Position numbers and translations under genes: made by a program. Of a DNA stretch of 64,000 nucleotides, positions 29,347 through 38,274 are shown piece by piece; positions within the stretch are counted from its first letter, which is position 1, and every line of letters begins with the position of its first letter. The notes below the pieces were generated by a model. The model saw nothing but the letters and a program-made list of their open reading frames with translations, had not been told where the DNA came from and ran no database searches. The stretch is taken from NCBI GenBank assembly GCA_009921165.1, contig RFYI01000002.1, positions 234-64,233 of the forward strand, given 5' to 3'. The stretch is from Actinomycetota bacterium (lineage in GTDB: Bacteria > Actinomycetota > Actinomycetes > Actinomycetales > Microbacteriaceae).

Positions 29347-31995
29347 CACCATCATTGACAGTGCTGGGATTGTTACCTTGCCATTCTTCTTACCAGTGAC
29401 AACAACTTTCCCGATTGTCTTGGTACCGGCAGATTTGTCATCAGCAACTATCTTGTATGTTCCCTTAGGCACAGAGAAGGTTGCTTTCTTTGATGGGTTT
29501 GAATTCGCAAGAACCACGATAGATGACCAACTGTCGCCAACAGCTTTACCATTTATTCCAAATCCGATCTGGTCTTCAGTTCCATCCAAGAAGGTCAGAT
29601 TATCAATAATGCTTTGGGCAACCGGCATGCGGAATGCCTTGTGAGCCTTACGAATAGCAATCAAACCTTTCAAATAGCTGACGTTACTTGCATAAGTGAT
29701 TCTGTTGTTCCACTTCAATGAGTTGACAGCATCAGTTGCGTTATAACTGTTCTTATTAAAGTTTTTACTTCTTAGGAATTCTTGTCCTGCTTGAATAAAT
29801 GGAACACCTTGAGAGACGAACAAGATTCCGGTACCGAGCTTCGAAACCTTAGCAATTGTTGCCATCGGCACCTTCTTACCCATACTTGTTCTGAGTTTGT
29901 CCGCGAAGGTGCTGTTGTCATGCGATTCGATGTAGTTGATGGTTTGACCCGGTTCAATTCCACCTATCCATTCACCAGCTAGGTTCGGGAATGGAGCATT
30001 ACCAACGATTCCGCTATAGATTGAAGCGTAATCACCATAACGACCGCTCACCCAACCAACTGTGGATTCGTCCCACACATTTCCCTTCATTCCATCGCGC
30101 ATGATGGCATTGAAGGTTGCGATACCCGGAATCTTTGAACTGTTTAGTTGGGTAGCCCTTATTTCTTGAGGCAAGGTTCCCATGTTCCAACCCTCACCAA
30201 GCATGATGATAGTCGGATCGATGTTGTTCAACTGTGTGCGGATAGCATTCATAGTGTTGATGTCAATAAGACCCATCAGGTCGAAACGGAAGCCATCCAT
30301 TTTGTACTCTGTCGCCCAATACTTGACCGAATCCTGAATGAACTTGCTGACCATTGGATGTTCAGTCGCAGTGTCGTTACCACAGCCAGAACCGCTGGTC
30401 TTTGTACCTGTTGCATCTCTGCGATACCAATAACCAGGAACTAGCTTCTCGAAAGCAAAGTTGCTGCTGTCCTGAACGTGGTTATAAACAGCGTCCATAT
30501 TCACTCGCAGGCCATTGTTGTGCATTGACATAATGGCTTGCTTCAACTCAGTTATACGGGTCTTAGGGTTGGCAGCGTCAGTTGAATATGAACCTTCAGG
30601 AACGTTGTAGTTTTTAGGGTCATATCCCCAGTTGAACTGGTTACCAACACCAGTCTCATCTACTGACCCGAAGTCATAGATAGGCTGCAACTCTACGTGA
30701 GTTACCCCTAAATCCTTTATCGCAGATAAACCAGTTAAAGTTGAATCCTTGCCCTTGGTGTATCTAGTTCCTATGTCTGTGAACGCCAGATACTTCCCCT
30801 TGTGGTTAGCTGGGATGTTACTTGTTGAATCCATGGACAAATCTCGAACATGCAATTCATAGATCACTGCGTCTGTCGGGTTTCCTGAGCTCATATTGTT
30901 TGGTCTATCTGAACTAGACCAGCCGACGGGGTCAGTGCTGTCCAAATCAACAACAACTCCGCGCTCACCGTTGATGGTTACTGATCTTGCATATGGATCA
31001 ATAGTCTCGTTTACCTTTGATCCAAAATGTGCACGATAAACATAGATTGTGCCGTCTTGATTTCCTTCTAAACGCTTGACCCAGGTTCCCTTGACATCTT
31101 GAACCATTGGATAGACAACGCCATCCTCAGGAGCCGTTGATGCAGTTGCATAGGTTACTAAGTCAAGTGAGTCAGCAGTCGGAGCCCAAACTCTGAAGTC
31201 TGTTTGTGCCGCCGAGTAGGTGTTACCCAGATCAGGACCGTTGTAATAAAACTGGTCATTGAATGACTGCAGATCCCATAGTGAACCTAAATCTGATTCT
31301 TGAGAACCGTAAACAGGATGGCTAATTGTGTAAGCGGTACCGATTCGAACCTGATCCACGAGCGTTGCGCTAACGGTGTAACCCGAGTCAGCGTTCCCTT
31401 CAACAGCGCTCCAACTTTCAACGGCCACATCAGCTCCGCTTGAATTCTTGATAGTGAAATTCTTCTTTTCAGTATCAATGTTGAAACCGTTGTCAAACGT
31501 AAGCTTAATTTCTTTAAGCTTTGTAACCTGAGCACCAAGAAGAGTCGGCTCTGACGAAGGCTGCTTGAACCAAGTGAATTTGGAATTGTATTTAATCCAG
31601 ATTTCGGAGGTAGAGACGCCATTTACGTCTTTGAAGTTATTGACGTATCGATCTCCGTCCGGATATTTATTCCAACTGTTGTCTCTAAGAATGAATCCCA
31701 AAGCAGTCGCGCTACCTGAGTTCGGTAGTGTCCATTCTCCATAAGCCCCGTAAGAATCAGTTAAGTATTGAACTCCGGTTTTAGCGAACTCATAGGCCTT
31801 ACCATCCGTACCTGCGTACCAAACCCAAAGATTTAGGCCCGTGAAGGTATTGCTCGGCCGAGAAACGTGCACAATGAATTTCTTATCTGACGCAGCTTGG
31901 CTTGGAGCGGCATCAATAGCCACAAGGCCGGTAAGTGTCGTTAGGAGGGCTAATACAATGCCAATGATTCGGCGGGATGAGGAAAATAGGCGCAC
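29335..31995 (-). CDS. pulA: Secreted type I pullulanase (GH13) with N-terminal carbohydrate-binding modules
   Basis: Signal peptide (..SQA-A), LWVW CBM-like domain, FRVWAPTA, IYELHVRD, FNWGYDP, DGFRFDLMG, GEGW, YIESHD. Confidence 0.92.
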   Translation of the reverse strand: MRLFSSSRRIIGIVLALLTTLTGLVAIDAAPSQAASDKKFIVHVSRPSNTFTGLNLWVWYAGTDGKAYEFAKTGVQYLTDSYGAYGEWTLPNSGSATALGFILRDNSWNKYPDGDRYVNNFKDVNGVSTSEIWIKYNSKFTWFKQPSSEPTLLGAQVTKLKEIKLTFDNGFNIDTEKKNFTIKNSSGADVAVESWSAVEGNADSGYTVSATLVDQVRIGTAYTISHPVYGSQESDLGSLWDLQSFNDQFYYNGPDLGNTYSAAQTDFRVWAPTADSLDLVTYATASTAPEDGVVYPMVQDVKGTWVKRLEGNQDGTIYVYRAHFGSKVNETIDPYARSVTINGERGVVVDLDSTDPVGWSSSDRPNNMSSGNPTDAVIYELHVRDLSMDSTSNIPANHKGKYLAFTDIGTRYTKGKDSTLTGLSAIKDLGVTHVELQPIYDFGSVDETGVGNQFNWGYDPKNYNVPEGSYSTDAANPKTRITELKQAIMSMHNNGLRVNMDAVYNHVQDSSNFAFEKLVPGYWYRRDATGTKTSGSGCGNDTATEHPMVSKFIQDSVKYWATEYKMDGFRFDLMGLIDINTMNAIRTQLNNIDPTIIMLGEGWNMGTLPQEIRATQLNSSKIPGIATFNAIMRDGMKGNVWDESTVGWVSGRYGDYASIYSGIVGNAPFPNLAGEWIGGIEPGQTINYIESHDNSTFADKLRTSMGKKVPMATIAKVSKLGTGILFVSQGVPFIQAGQEFLRSKNFNKNSYNATDAVNSLKWNNRITYASNVSYLKGLIAIRKAHKAFRMPVAQSIIDNLTFLDGTEDQIGFGINGKAVGDSWSSIVVLANSNPSKKATFSVPKGTYKIVADDKSAGTKTIGKVVVTGKKNGKVTIPALSMMVLYK

Positions 31996-32029
31996 AGAAC
32001 TATCACTTTCTAAAGGGTTATAGAAACAC

Positions 32030-32074
32030 TGTAAGCGTTTACCTATTCAAAGGGTCTTGTTTTCAGCGATTACC
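32030..32074. promoter_or_regulatory. Two LacI/GalR-type operator-like sites upstream of pulA
   Basis: TGTAAGCGTTTACC (32030-32043) and weaker TTTCAGCGATTACC (32061-32074), both with the central AGCG core. Confidence 0.6.
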
Positions 32075-32100
32075 TATTGACTCGTTATAAAAAAGTAACC

Positions 32101-32177
32101 TGGTGGGGCGTGCGGGACTTGAACCCGCGACCGACGGATTATGAGTCCGCTGCTCTAACCGGCTGAGCTAACGCCCC
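32101..32177 (-). tRNA. tRNA with CAT anticodon, most likely tRNA-Ile2 (lysidine)
   Basis: GGGGCGTTAGCTCAGCCGGTTAGAGCAGCGGA-CTCATAA-TCCGT...TTCAAG...CCA; paired G1-C72 and no GGG/CCC anticodon stem exclude an initiator; Ile2 versus elongator Met is inferred. Confidence 0.9.
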
Positions 32178-32192
32178 CAGCCACCTATAAGG

Positions 32193-33650
32193 TTACTCGT
32201 CCAAGCGCTTTATTGCCTTCTTCGCCTTACCAACAGTCTTCTTGACGCCAGTTCTAACCTGCTTGTCGACCTTTTTGGCCTGACGTTTTACATCTTGGCC
32301 GATTTCCTCGAGACCATCCTTGATCTCATCGCCTAGATCTGTGATCTTACCTAAAGCAGCCAAAGCCTGTCTTCTAACCTTCAACTCTGCCCGCCTTACG
32401 ACAATACTTAGGCGCCCGATGGGCTTCATGTAATCTTCAGAGTTGTCATCGCTGTTTTGACGAGCATCTTGGTCGCCACGATAAAGTCCTTCAAAAATAC
32501 TCAAGGTTCGCTTTATGTCATGGGATTGAATTAGGTGGATGGAGTTTTCAGAAAGCCTGTTCAGTTCCTTTTGATCCGCCGTTGCTACCTTTAGAAGGCA
32601 GGCAGAGAAGTCATCGACGTCGTCCGGCTCAAATAAGTAACCGTTATCACCGTGGTGGACTAGATGAGGCAAGGCCATGGCATTCGCAGCAATCACAGGT
32701 CGGCCAGAAGCCATGGCCTCCATTGTGGCAATCGACTGTAACTCAGCGATTGAAGGCATGGCAAAAACAGTTGCTCTCTCATAAGCAAGCGGCAACTCTT
32801 CCTCTGAAATGTGCCCAAGAAATTTCACTCTGGTGGAAATCTTCAATTCTCTAGCCAGGTCCGCTAGATACTTCTTTTGTGAACCATCACCAGCAATCTC
32901 TATGAAAAAATCAATTTCTTTAGGAAGTTTTGCAGCAGCCTTTAGCAGATTGTGCACGTGTTTCTCCCAATCCAAGCGCCCCAAGAATAATACTCTGAAG
33001 GGATTATTCGTTGTCTTTGTCGAATTGGTGAACTTGGTAGCATCAATACCGCATGAAATAGCAAGCACGTTTTCTATGCCAGCCGCAGCCTCCAATAATT
33101 CAGCTGCTCGCCTAGTGGGTGTGGTTATCTGATCATATTTGGAAAGCACCTTACCTGCATCCTTCCAAAGTTTTGCCTTTACTCGCTTTTCTAGGAATTT
33201 AGGAAGGTGTAAATACTTGAGAAGATTTTCGGGCATGGTGTGGTTTGTCGCTATCAACCTAATGCCGCGCTCACGACCGCTTCTGGCTAGAACCCTTCCA
33301 ACAGAAAGATGCGACTGCGAGTGAATGGCATCAGGTTCAAATTCATCAAGTATGAGATCTACTTTGTTCTTTAGCGTTAGCGGATTTACAAATCTAAGTG
33401 TTTTGTGAATCACGAGGGGATAACTTCTTATTCGATGGACAGTCATCTCAACACCATCTTGAATCTCAGTAAAGGTTCCCCAGGCCTTGCTTGTTGCCGG
33501 AGCGATAATGTGAACGTTGTTGCCATTTCTGACTAGTCCGCCAGCTAAACGTTCAGTGAATCTGGATGCTCCATTGATGTCGGGAGGAAAGGTATCCGCG
33601 ACTATAAGAACCCTAAGAGGCTGTCCAGGATGTCTAGTCGATTGAGCCAA
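32193..33650 (-). CDS. Glycosyltransferase family 4 with Lys-rich C-terminal extension
   Basis: DTFPPDING, FLGRLDWEK, ELQSIATMEAMASG (EX7E). Confidence 0.9.
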   Translation of the reverse strand: MAQSTRHPGQPLRVLIVADTFPPDINGASRFTERLAGGLVRNGNNVHIIAPATSKAWGTFTEIQDGVEMTVHRIRSYPLVIHKTLRFVNPLTLKNKVDLILDEFEPDAIHSQSHLSVGRVLARSGRERGIRLIATNHTMPENLLKYLHLPKFLEKRVKAKLWKDAGKVLSKYDQITTPTRRAAELLEAAAGIENVLAISCGIDATKFTNSTKTTNNPFRVLFLGRLDWEKHVHNLLKAAAKLPKEIDFFIEIAGDGSQKKYLADLARELKISTRVKFLGHISEEELPLAYERATVFAMPSIAELQSIATMEAMASGRPVIAANAMALPHLVHHGDNGYLFEPDDVDDFSACLLKVATADQKELNRLSENSIHLIQSHDIKRTLSIFEGLYRGDQDARQNSDDNSEDYMKPIGRLSIVVRRAELKVRRQALAALGKITDLGDEIKDGLEEIGQDVKRQAKKVDKQVRTGVKKTVGKAKKAIKRLDE

Positions 33651-33715
33651 GGCGGTGTACCTGTCTTTTGGGTAAGTTGTAGACCAGTTGAGTCTAAGAG
33701 CAGTTTAGCAAATGC

Positions 33716-34630
33716 CTATTGGGAGGCTTTGTTGACCTCTGGATGCACCTTTGAAAGCAAGAAAACTCCAACAACGGCCATCGCGCCACTGGTCAAAAAG
33801 CCCAGCATTATGGGCCAAGGTGCGTTCATCGCTTCATTCAACAAAACCACACCAATACTTACAGCAATCAGAGGGTCGATAACTGTTAGCCCTGCAACAA
33901 CGAGATCTGGTGGACCAGAGGCGTAAGCGTTTTGAACGAACCAAGCACCTAATAGACCAGCTGCCACCATACTCGTCAAGGCAAAAACAGTTAATCCGTC
34001 GGTGACAAGTTCTCCTTGGAAAGTTATAAGACGGTTGAAGCCATCCTGATTAAATAGACGCTTGACTACAACTTTTGTGAGTGTCGCCACGAAACCATAA
34101 AGTATTCCCGCTCCAAGGATGAAGGTTAATGGCTTGAACTTGCTTGCTCCTACGAAAAATATGTAGCTGAAAATAGCGATTAAGAGTATGGCCATGGTCA
34201 GAATCTGCATGAGGGCTGCATCATCGATCTCGGGTTCTACCGCCACGTCGTGAGCCATCACAACGAATGCACCTAGGCCGACTGTGCAAAATGCAATAGC
34301 AATCATGGATGCCTGATTTAGTCTAGTTTTAGTAATCTTGGCGTTCAGGACTGAAGTTATGACTAGAGCAGCAGCTCCGATTGGTTGGACGAGGATAAGT
34401 GGAGCTAGTAGCAACGCCGAGAACTGCAACACCAAGGCGGCAATTGAAATAAATAGACCAGATACCCACTGTGGATGCCTGATCAATTGAGTAAGTTGCT
34501 TGAGTGTCAAATGTGAGCGCCCCGATAAAGCTGCCTTCTTTTGAAGTCCCACTGCTCCGTTTTGCATCTGGGTTCCTATTGCCAAGGCAACAGCAGATAG
34601 TAAGGCGAGCGAGATAGCCAGTATCTTCAC
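33716..34630 (-). CDS. DMT-superfamily membrane transporter
   Basis: About 9 TM helices, APLILVQPIG, QNAYASGPPDLVVAGLTVIDP. Confidence 0.82.
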   Translation of the reverse strand: MKILAISLALLSAVALAIGTQMQNGAVGLQKKAALSGRSHLTLKQLTQLIRHPQWVSGLFISIAALVLQFSALLLAPLILVQPIGAAALVITSVLNAKITKTRLNQASMIAIAFCTVGLGAFVVMAHDVAVEPEIDDAALMQILTMAILLIAIFSYIFFVGASKFKPLTFILGAGILYGFVATLTKVVVKRLFNQDGFNRLITFQGELVTDGLTVFALTSMVAAGLLGAWFVQNAYASGPPDLVVAGLTVIDPLIAVSIGVVLLNEAMNAPWPIMLGFLTSGAMAVVGVFLLSKVHPEVNKASQ

Positions 34631-34705
34631 ATTATCCCCACTCCTCTAGACCTTTTATAAGCCTACCTACGAAGCACAAATAGTTGTTTAGGGTAAATTT
34701 ATGGA

Positions 34706-35272
34706 GTGCCTATAAGACCTATCTGTATAACTGGAAACCCCGTACTACACACCAAAGCGCTCGAAGTTACAGTGTTTGACGAAAATTTACAGCAATTGGT
34801 TCTCGACATGTTTGAAACCATGGATGAAGCACCTGGTGTCGGGTTGGCTGCTCCACAGGTTGGCGTGAACCTGCGTGTCTTTGTCTATGACTGGGATGCT
34901 GAAGATAGCTCACCACAGCGAGGTGTTGTGATAAACCCGACCCTTGAACTTTCAGAGATACCAGATGGTCCAGCTGATTTGGATGCAGAATCCGAAGGAT
35001 GCTTATCAATTCCTGGTGAACGGTTCCCCCTCAGAAGAGCGGATAGAGCCATCCTACGAGGCGTGGACTTAGACCGAGCACCTGTTCATATTGAAGCGAC
35101 AGGATGGTTCGCCAGAATTTTTCAGCATGAGTTTGATCATCTGAACGGCATTCTCTACGCTGACCGCCTGGAAGAAATACACAAAGCGGAGTGCCAAAAA
35201 ATAGTCGTTGAACGAGGTTGGGGTAAAGACGGGCTTTCTTGGTTGCCTGGAGAAGAGCATCTAGAGGGCTAA
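34706..35272 (+). CDS. def: Peptide deformylase
   Basis: GVGLAAPQ, EGCLS, QHEFDHL. Confidence 0.97.
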   Translation: MPIRPICITGNPVLHTKALEVTVFDENLQQLVLDMFETMDEAPGVGLAAPQVGVNLRVFVYDWDAEDSSPQRGVVINPTLELSEIPDGPADLDAESEGCLSIPGERFPLRRADRAILRGVDLDRAPVHIEATGWFARIFQHEFDHLNGILYADRLEEIHKAECQKIVVERGWGKDGLSWLPGEEHLEG

Positions 35273-35935
35273 AGCTCCAATGTTATACATTTGCAACAGC
35301 AATTGCGATCTTGTGTCCAGCATCAAAAGGCCCTGAATTTTAGTGAGTGTTCTGCGAACTTTCGCTTTTGGGACTGCAACAGCTGTGGCTATCTGACTAT
35401 CACTCCTAAGCTCACAGAAGCTCTTGAGAATCAAGGCCTCATTCTCATCCAGGACATCTAGATTGGAGATTGTTTTCTGAAAATGATCTTGGGATACTTC
35501 AAAAGAATGCAGTTCAGGCAAGATTTCACGGATGGCAAAATCGGTGTCATTCTCAGCGCACTTGGTAACCTTCTCGAGAAGAGATTCAACGCCATCACTT
35601 ATGAAGACGAAATCAACTGCGCCTGCTGCTATCGCAGCAAGACGAAGTTGCAGTTCATTAAACTGCCCAGAGATTAATATGTTGCCAACATGGATGCCCC
35701 GAAATCTTGCCGTCTTGTGTAGCTCTCGGACGAAATCAAATGCTGAGATGGAATCAAGTCTCTGATCGACTATCAAAACATCAAAGGTTGCTTCAAGTAA
35801 AGTTTGTGGTTCGAATTGGTGAGCGTCGTTATCGAAAACTACTCTGAAACTTGTCTGCGATTCTAAAATTGTGCGGCGCGACTTTCGAACTAAATCAGAG
35901 CCACCGAGCAAGGCTATTCGAAGGTTGGTGGCCAA
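35261..35935 (-). CDS. Atypical NarL/LuxR-family response regulator (pseudo-receiver plus HTH)
   Basis: Receiver pattern (FDVLIVDQRL, AIAAGAVDFVF) plus LuxR-like C-terminus (SDSQIA...RSQL); acidic pocket and conserved Lys absent. Confidence 0.8.
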   Translation of the reverse strand: MATNLRIALLGGSDLVRKSRRTILESQTSFRVVFDNDAHQFEPQTLLEATFDVLIVDQRLDSISAFDFVRELHKTARFRGIHVGNILISGQFNELQLRLAAIAAGAVDFVFISDGVESLLEKVTKCAENDTDFAIREILPELHSFEVSQDHFQKTISNLDVLDENEALILKSFCELRSDSQIATAVAVPKAKVRRTLTKIQGLLMLDTRSQLLLQMYNIGALAL

Positions 35936-37189
35936 CTAATTAACCTTCGCATACTTAGCAATGTTCGGGAAAGCTGCTGAAACTGTGAATCCAACACCAG
36001 GAACTTTGACGAATTCAATGTTTCCCTCGTAAAGTGCTGCTCGCTCTTGCATTGAAATTAGACCTGGGCCAATTGGTCTTTCCACCAAAGCTCTCTGGTC
36101 GTCTTCGATGGTGTAGCCACCGAGGGTCTGTTCCAACGCTCTTGAGGTCTCCTCGCCGTTGTCTTTGATTACCACTTGCATAGCATTACCTTGCCAGATG
36201 AAGTCGATATCTAAAGAGGTTCCATCCGGGGTGTGTTTACGAACATTCTCGAGGGACTCGAAAACAATTCGGTAAATGATTAATTCTGCGCCATCGATTA
36301 GTGAAAGCGCGTCACCGGTTTGCCTAAAATTGACCCGATAACCAAATTCACGGTAAGAAACAATCAGCCCGTTCAAATCTCTTAAACCAGGTAACGCCAT
36401 AGCCTTTTCTTTTTGCAGACCAAGGAGATCACTGAGACGCCTTATTTCGTTGTAGGACTTTTTCAGCCCATCGAGAACTGATTCCAACATCCTTGGTGCT
36501 ATCGTTGGGTCAACTTTTGCTGAATAAATTCCAGCTTCAGCCGAGGTCATGGTTGCACTAACCTGTTCGAGCAGCAGGTCATTAACATCCCTAGCGATTC
36601 CAAATCTACGTTCTTGCTCAGCAAGCGATAATTGAGTCGCTGCTACCTGTCGCTCGAGAATAGCTCGATCGAAATTAGTTCCTACGTGAGTCACTCTTGT
36701 GATTAGCAGTCGCCCGATAAACCATGCGTTCGCATTAACAGCGATTGTTGCGATGAAACCGGCTATTCCGATAAAGATTTTCGAATTCAAAGTAGGTAGC
36801 TCAATGCCATAGACATTAACTCCAACAGGAAGGTTTACCAAGACCCAAAAAAATGTGATTGAACCAAGTAAAGCATTCAATGCATAGCCGACACTTCGCT
36901 GAGTTGTGGAACCAAAAGCAGCGAGCAGTAGAAGGCTGAGAGTGGCTGCTAGTTGAGAGATTTGTGGTTCAAGACCCAAAATAATTGGAACGAAGAGCCC
37001 GACTGAGAAGCAAGCGATTGATAGCCATGGCCATGATCTAGCGAAAGCGATTGATCCGGTGAGCAAGATTGCAGCTGGTAACGCTATTAGGTCTTGAAAC
37101 AGAACATCTATTCCGCCAAAAATTAGAAAAGCCATCAGGGCAAGAAAGATTGATGGGAGCCACTTCTGGTCTCGAATCCAAAGAAACAT
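35936..37189 (-). CDS. HisKA_3-type membrane sensor kinase-like protein lacking the phospho-His
   Basis: About 5 N-terminal TMs; H-box reads RFGIARDVNDLL; HATPase N box ESLENVRKH, DNG and GPGL retained. Confidence 0.85.
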   Translation of the reverse strand: MFLWIRDQKWLPSIFLALMAFLIFGGIDVLFQDLIALPAAILLTGSIAFARSWPWLSIACFSVGLFVPIILGLEPQISQLAATLSLLLLAAFGSTTQRSVGYALNALLGSITFFWVLVNLPVGVNVYGIELPTLNSKIFIGIAGFIATIAVNANAWFIGRLLITRVTHVGTNFDRAILERQVAATQLSLAEQERRFGIARDVNDLLLEQVSATMTSAEAGIYSAKVDPTIAPRMLESVLDGLKKSYNEIRRLSDLLGLQKEKAMALPGLRDLNGLIVSYREFGYRVNFRQTGDALSLIDGAELIIYRIVFESLENVRKHTPDGTSLDIDFIWQGNAMQVVIKDNGEETSRALEQTLGGYTIEDDQRALVERPIGPGLISMQERAALYEGNIEFVKVPGVGFTVSAAFPNIAKYAKVN

Positions 37190-37215
37190 TTGGTCTCCGT
37201 AAAAGCTTCAGATGG

Positions 37216-37291
37216 TGGCTCCCCGGCTTGGACTCGAACCAAGAACCTATCGGTTAACAGCCGATTGCTCTGCCAATTGAGCTACCGAGGA
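37216..37291 (-). tRNA. tRNA-Asn(GTT)
   Basis: TCCTCGGTAGCTCAATTGGCAGAGCA-ATCGG-CTGTTAA-CCGAT...GGTTCGAGTCC...GCCA. Confidence 0.96.
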
Positions 37292-37353
37292 ATGCTGCCT
37301 AAGCAACTTGAATACTTTACCAAAAAGATTGGATTACTGCTTGCCTTTGACAA

Positions 37354-38274
37354 TTAGTAGCCAAGAACAGGGTCGACTAGCCCAACCCAGTCGCCCAATC
37401 CCTGATAGGCCGCCAAATTCTCTCTAATGCGAACCGAAAAAAGTCTCACAACCTGGTCATTGGTATCAGCAGAATGTGGCGTAATAATCACGTTTTTTGC
37501 CTCCCAAAGTCCATGTCCATCCGGCAGTGGCTCAGGGTCGGTTACATCAACGGCAGCTCCAGCTATCAACTCTCCGTTTAGGGCCGAAGCCAAATCGTCA
37601 GTTACCACGACAGCCCCTCGAGCGACGTTAACAAAGTATGCGGTCGGTTTCATCCTGCCAAATCGTTCAAGGTCAAATAATCCTCTGGTCGCATCTGTCA
37701 AAGAACAGGCCAGGAAGACCCAATCAGCAGCTGGCAGGTAGTGATCCAATTGATCTAACTGAACACTTCGGCTGGCTCCCGCTAGTTGTTCACTCTTGTT
37801 TCGAACCACTGTGATGTCAGCTCTAAATGGAGCCAGTTGTTTTAGAAGTTCTTCAGTGATTCCTCCAGCTCCAACAATCATTATTTTGGAGTCATATAAA
37901 GACGCAGCGAACTTTCTACCCCAGGTCTTAGCTCTAACTCTTTCAGGGATTATTCGGCCGAGAGCTAAAGCAAGTGCCAATGCATGCTCTGCAACCGGCT
38001 CTCTGTATGAGCCTTTGGCGCAAGCAAATCGAACTGGTGCGGAGAGTACTTCCTGAAATGCATCAACACCAGCGAAAGGCAGCTGGACAAACTCAAGCTG
38101 TGGGTTCTCACTAAGTGTCCTTGCTAAACCTTGAGGGTCGGAATAATCAGTCCAGATCAGTGCACCTACTGTTTCACCTAGAGGTGAAAGTGAACAACCG
38201 GAATCTAGAACAGCCTGTTCGTAAGCAGGAAAGCTCTTAGGGGCGATTGCTACTTTAGATTTATCCAAAGTCAT
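37354..38274 (-). CDS. D-isomer-specific 2-hydroxyacid dehydrogenase
   Basis: AGVD, VAEH, GAGGI, NVARG, DVTDPEP, ITPH. Confidence 0.92.
   Translation of the reverse strand: MTLDKSKVAIAPKSFPAYEQAVLDSGCSLSPLGETVGALIWTDYSDPQGLARTLSENPQLEFVQLPFAGVDAFQEVLSAPVRFACAKGSYREPVAEHALALALALGRIIPERVRAKTWGRKFAASLYDSKIMIVGAGGITEELLKQLAPFRADITVVRNKSEQLAGASRSVQLDQLDHYLPAADWVFLACSLTDATRGLFDLERFGRMKPTAYFVNVARGAVVVTDDLASALNGELIAGAAVDVTDPEPLPDGHGLWEAKNVIITPHSADTNDQVVRLFSVRIRENLAAYQGLGDWVGLVDPVLGY

Noticed and set aside
32101-37291. Segment between tRNA-Ile2 and tRNA-Asn as a prophage or integrative element
   Set aside because: No integrase, att duplication or phage genes seen; it contains housekeeping-type genes such as def.
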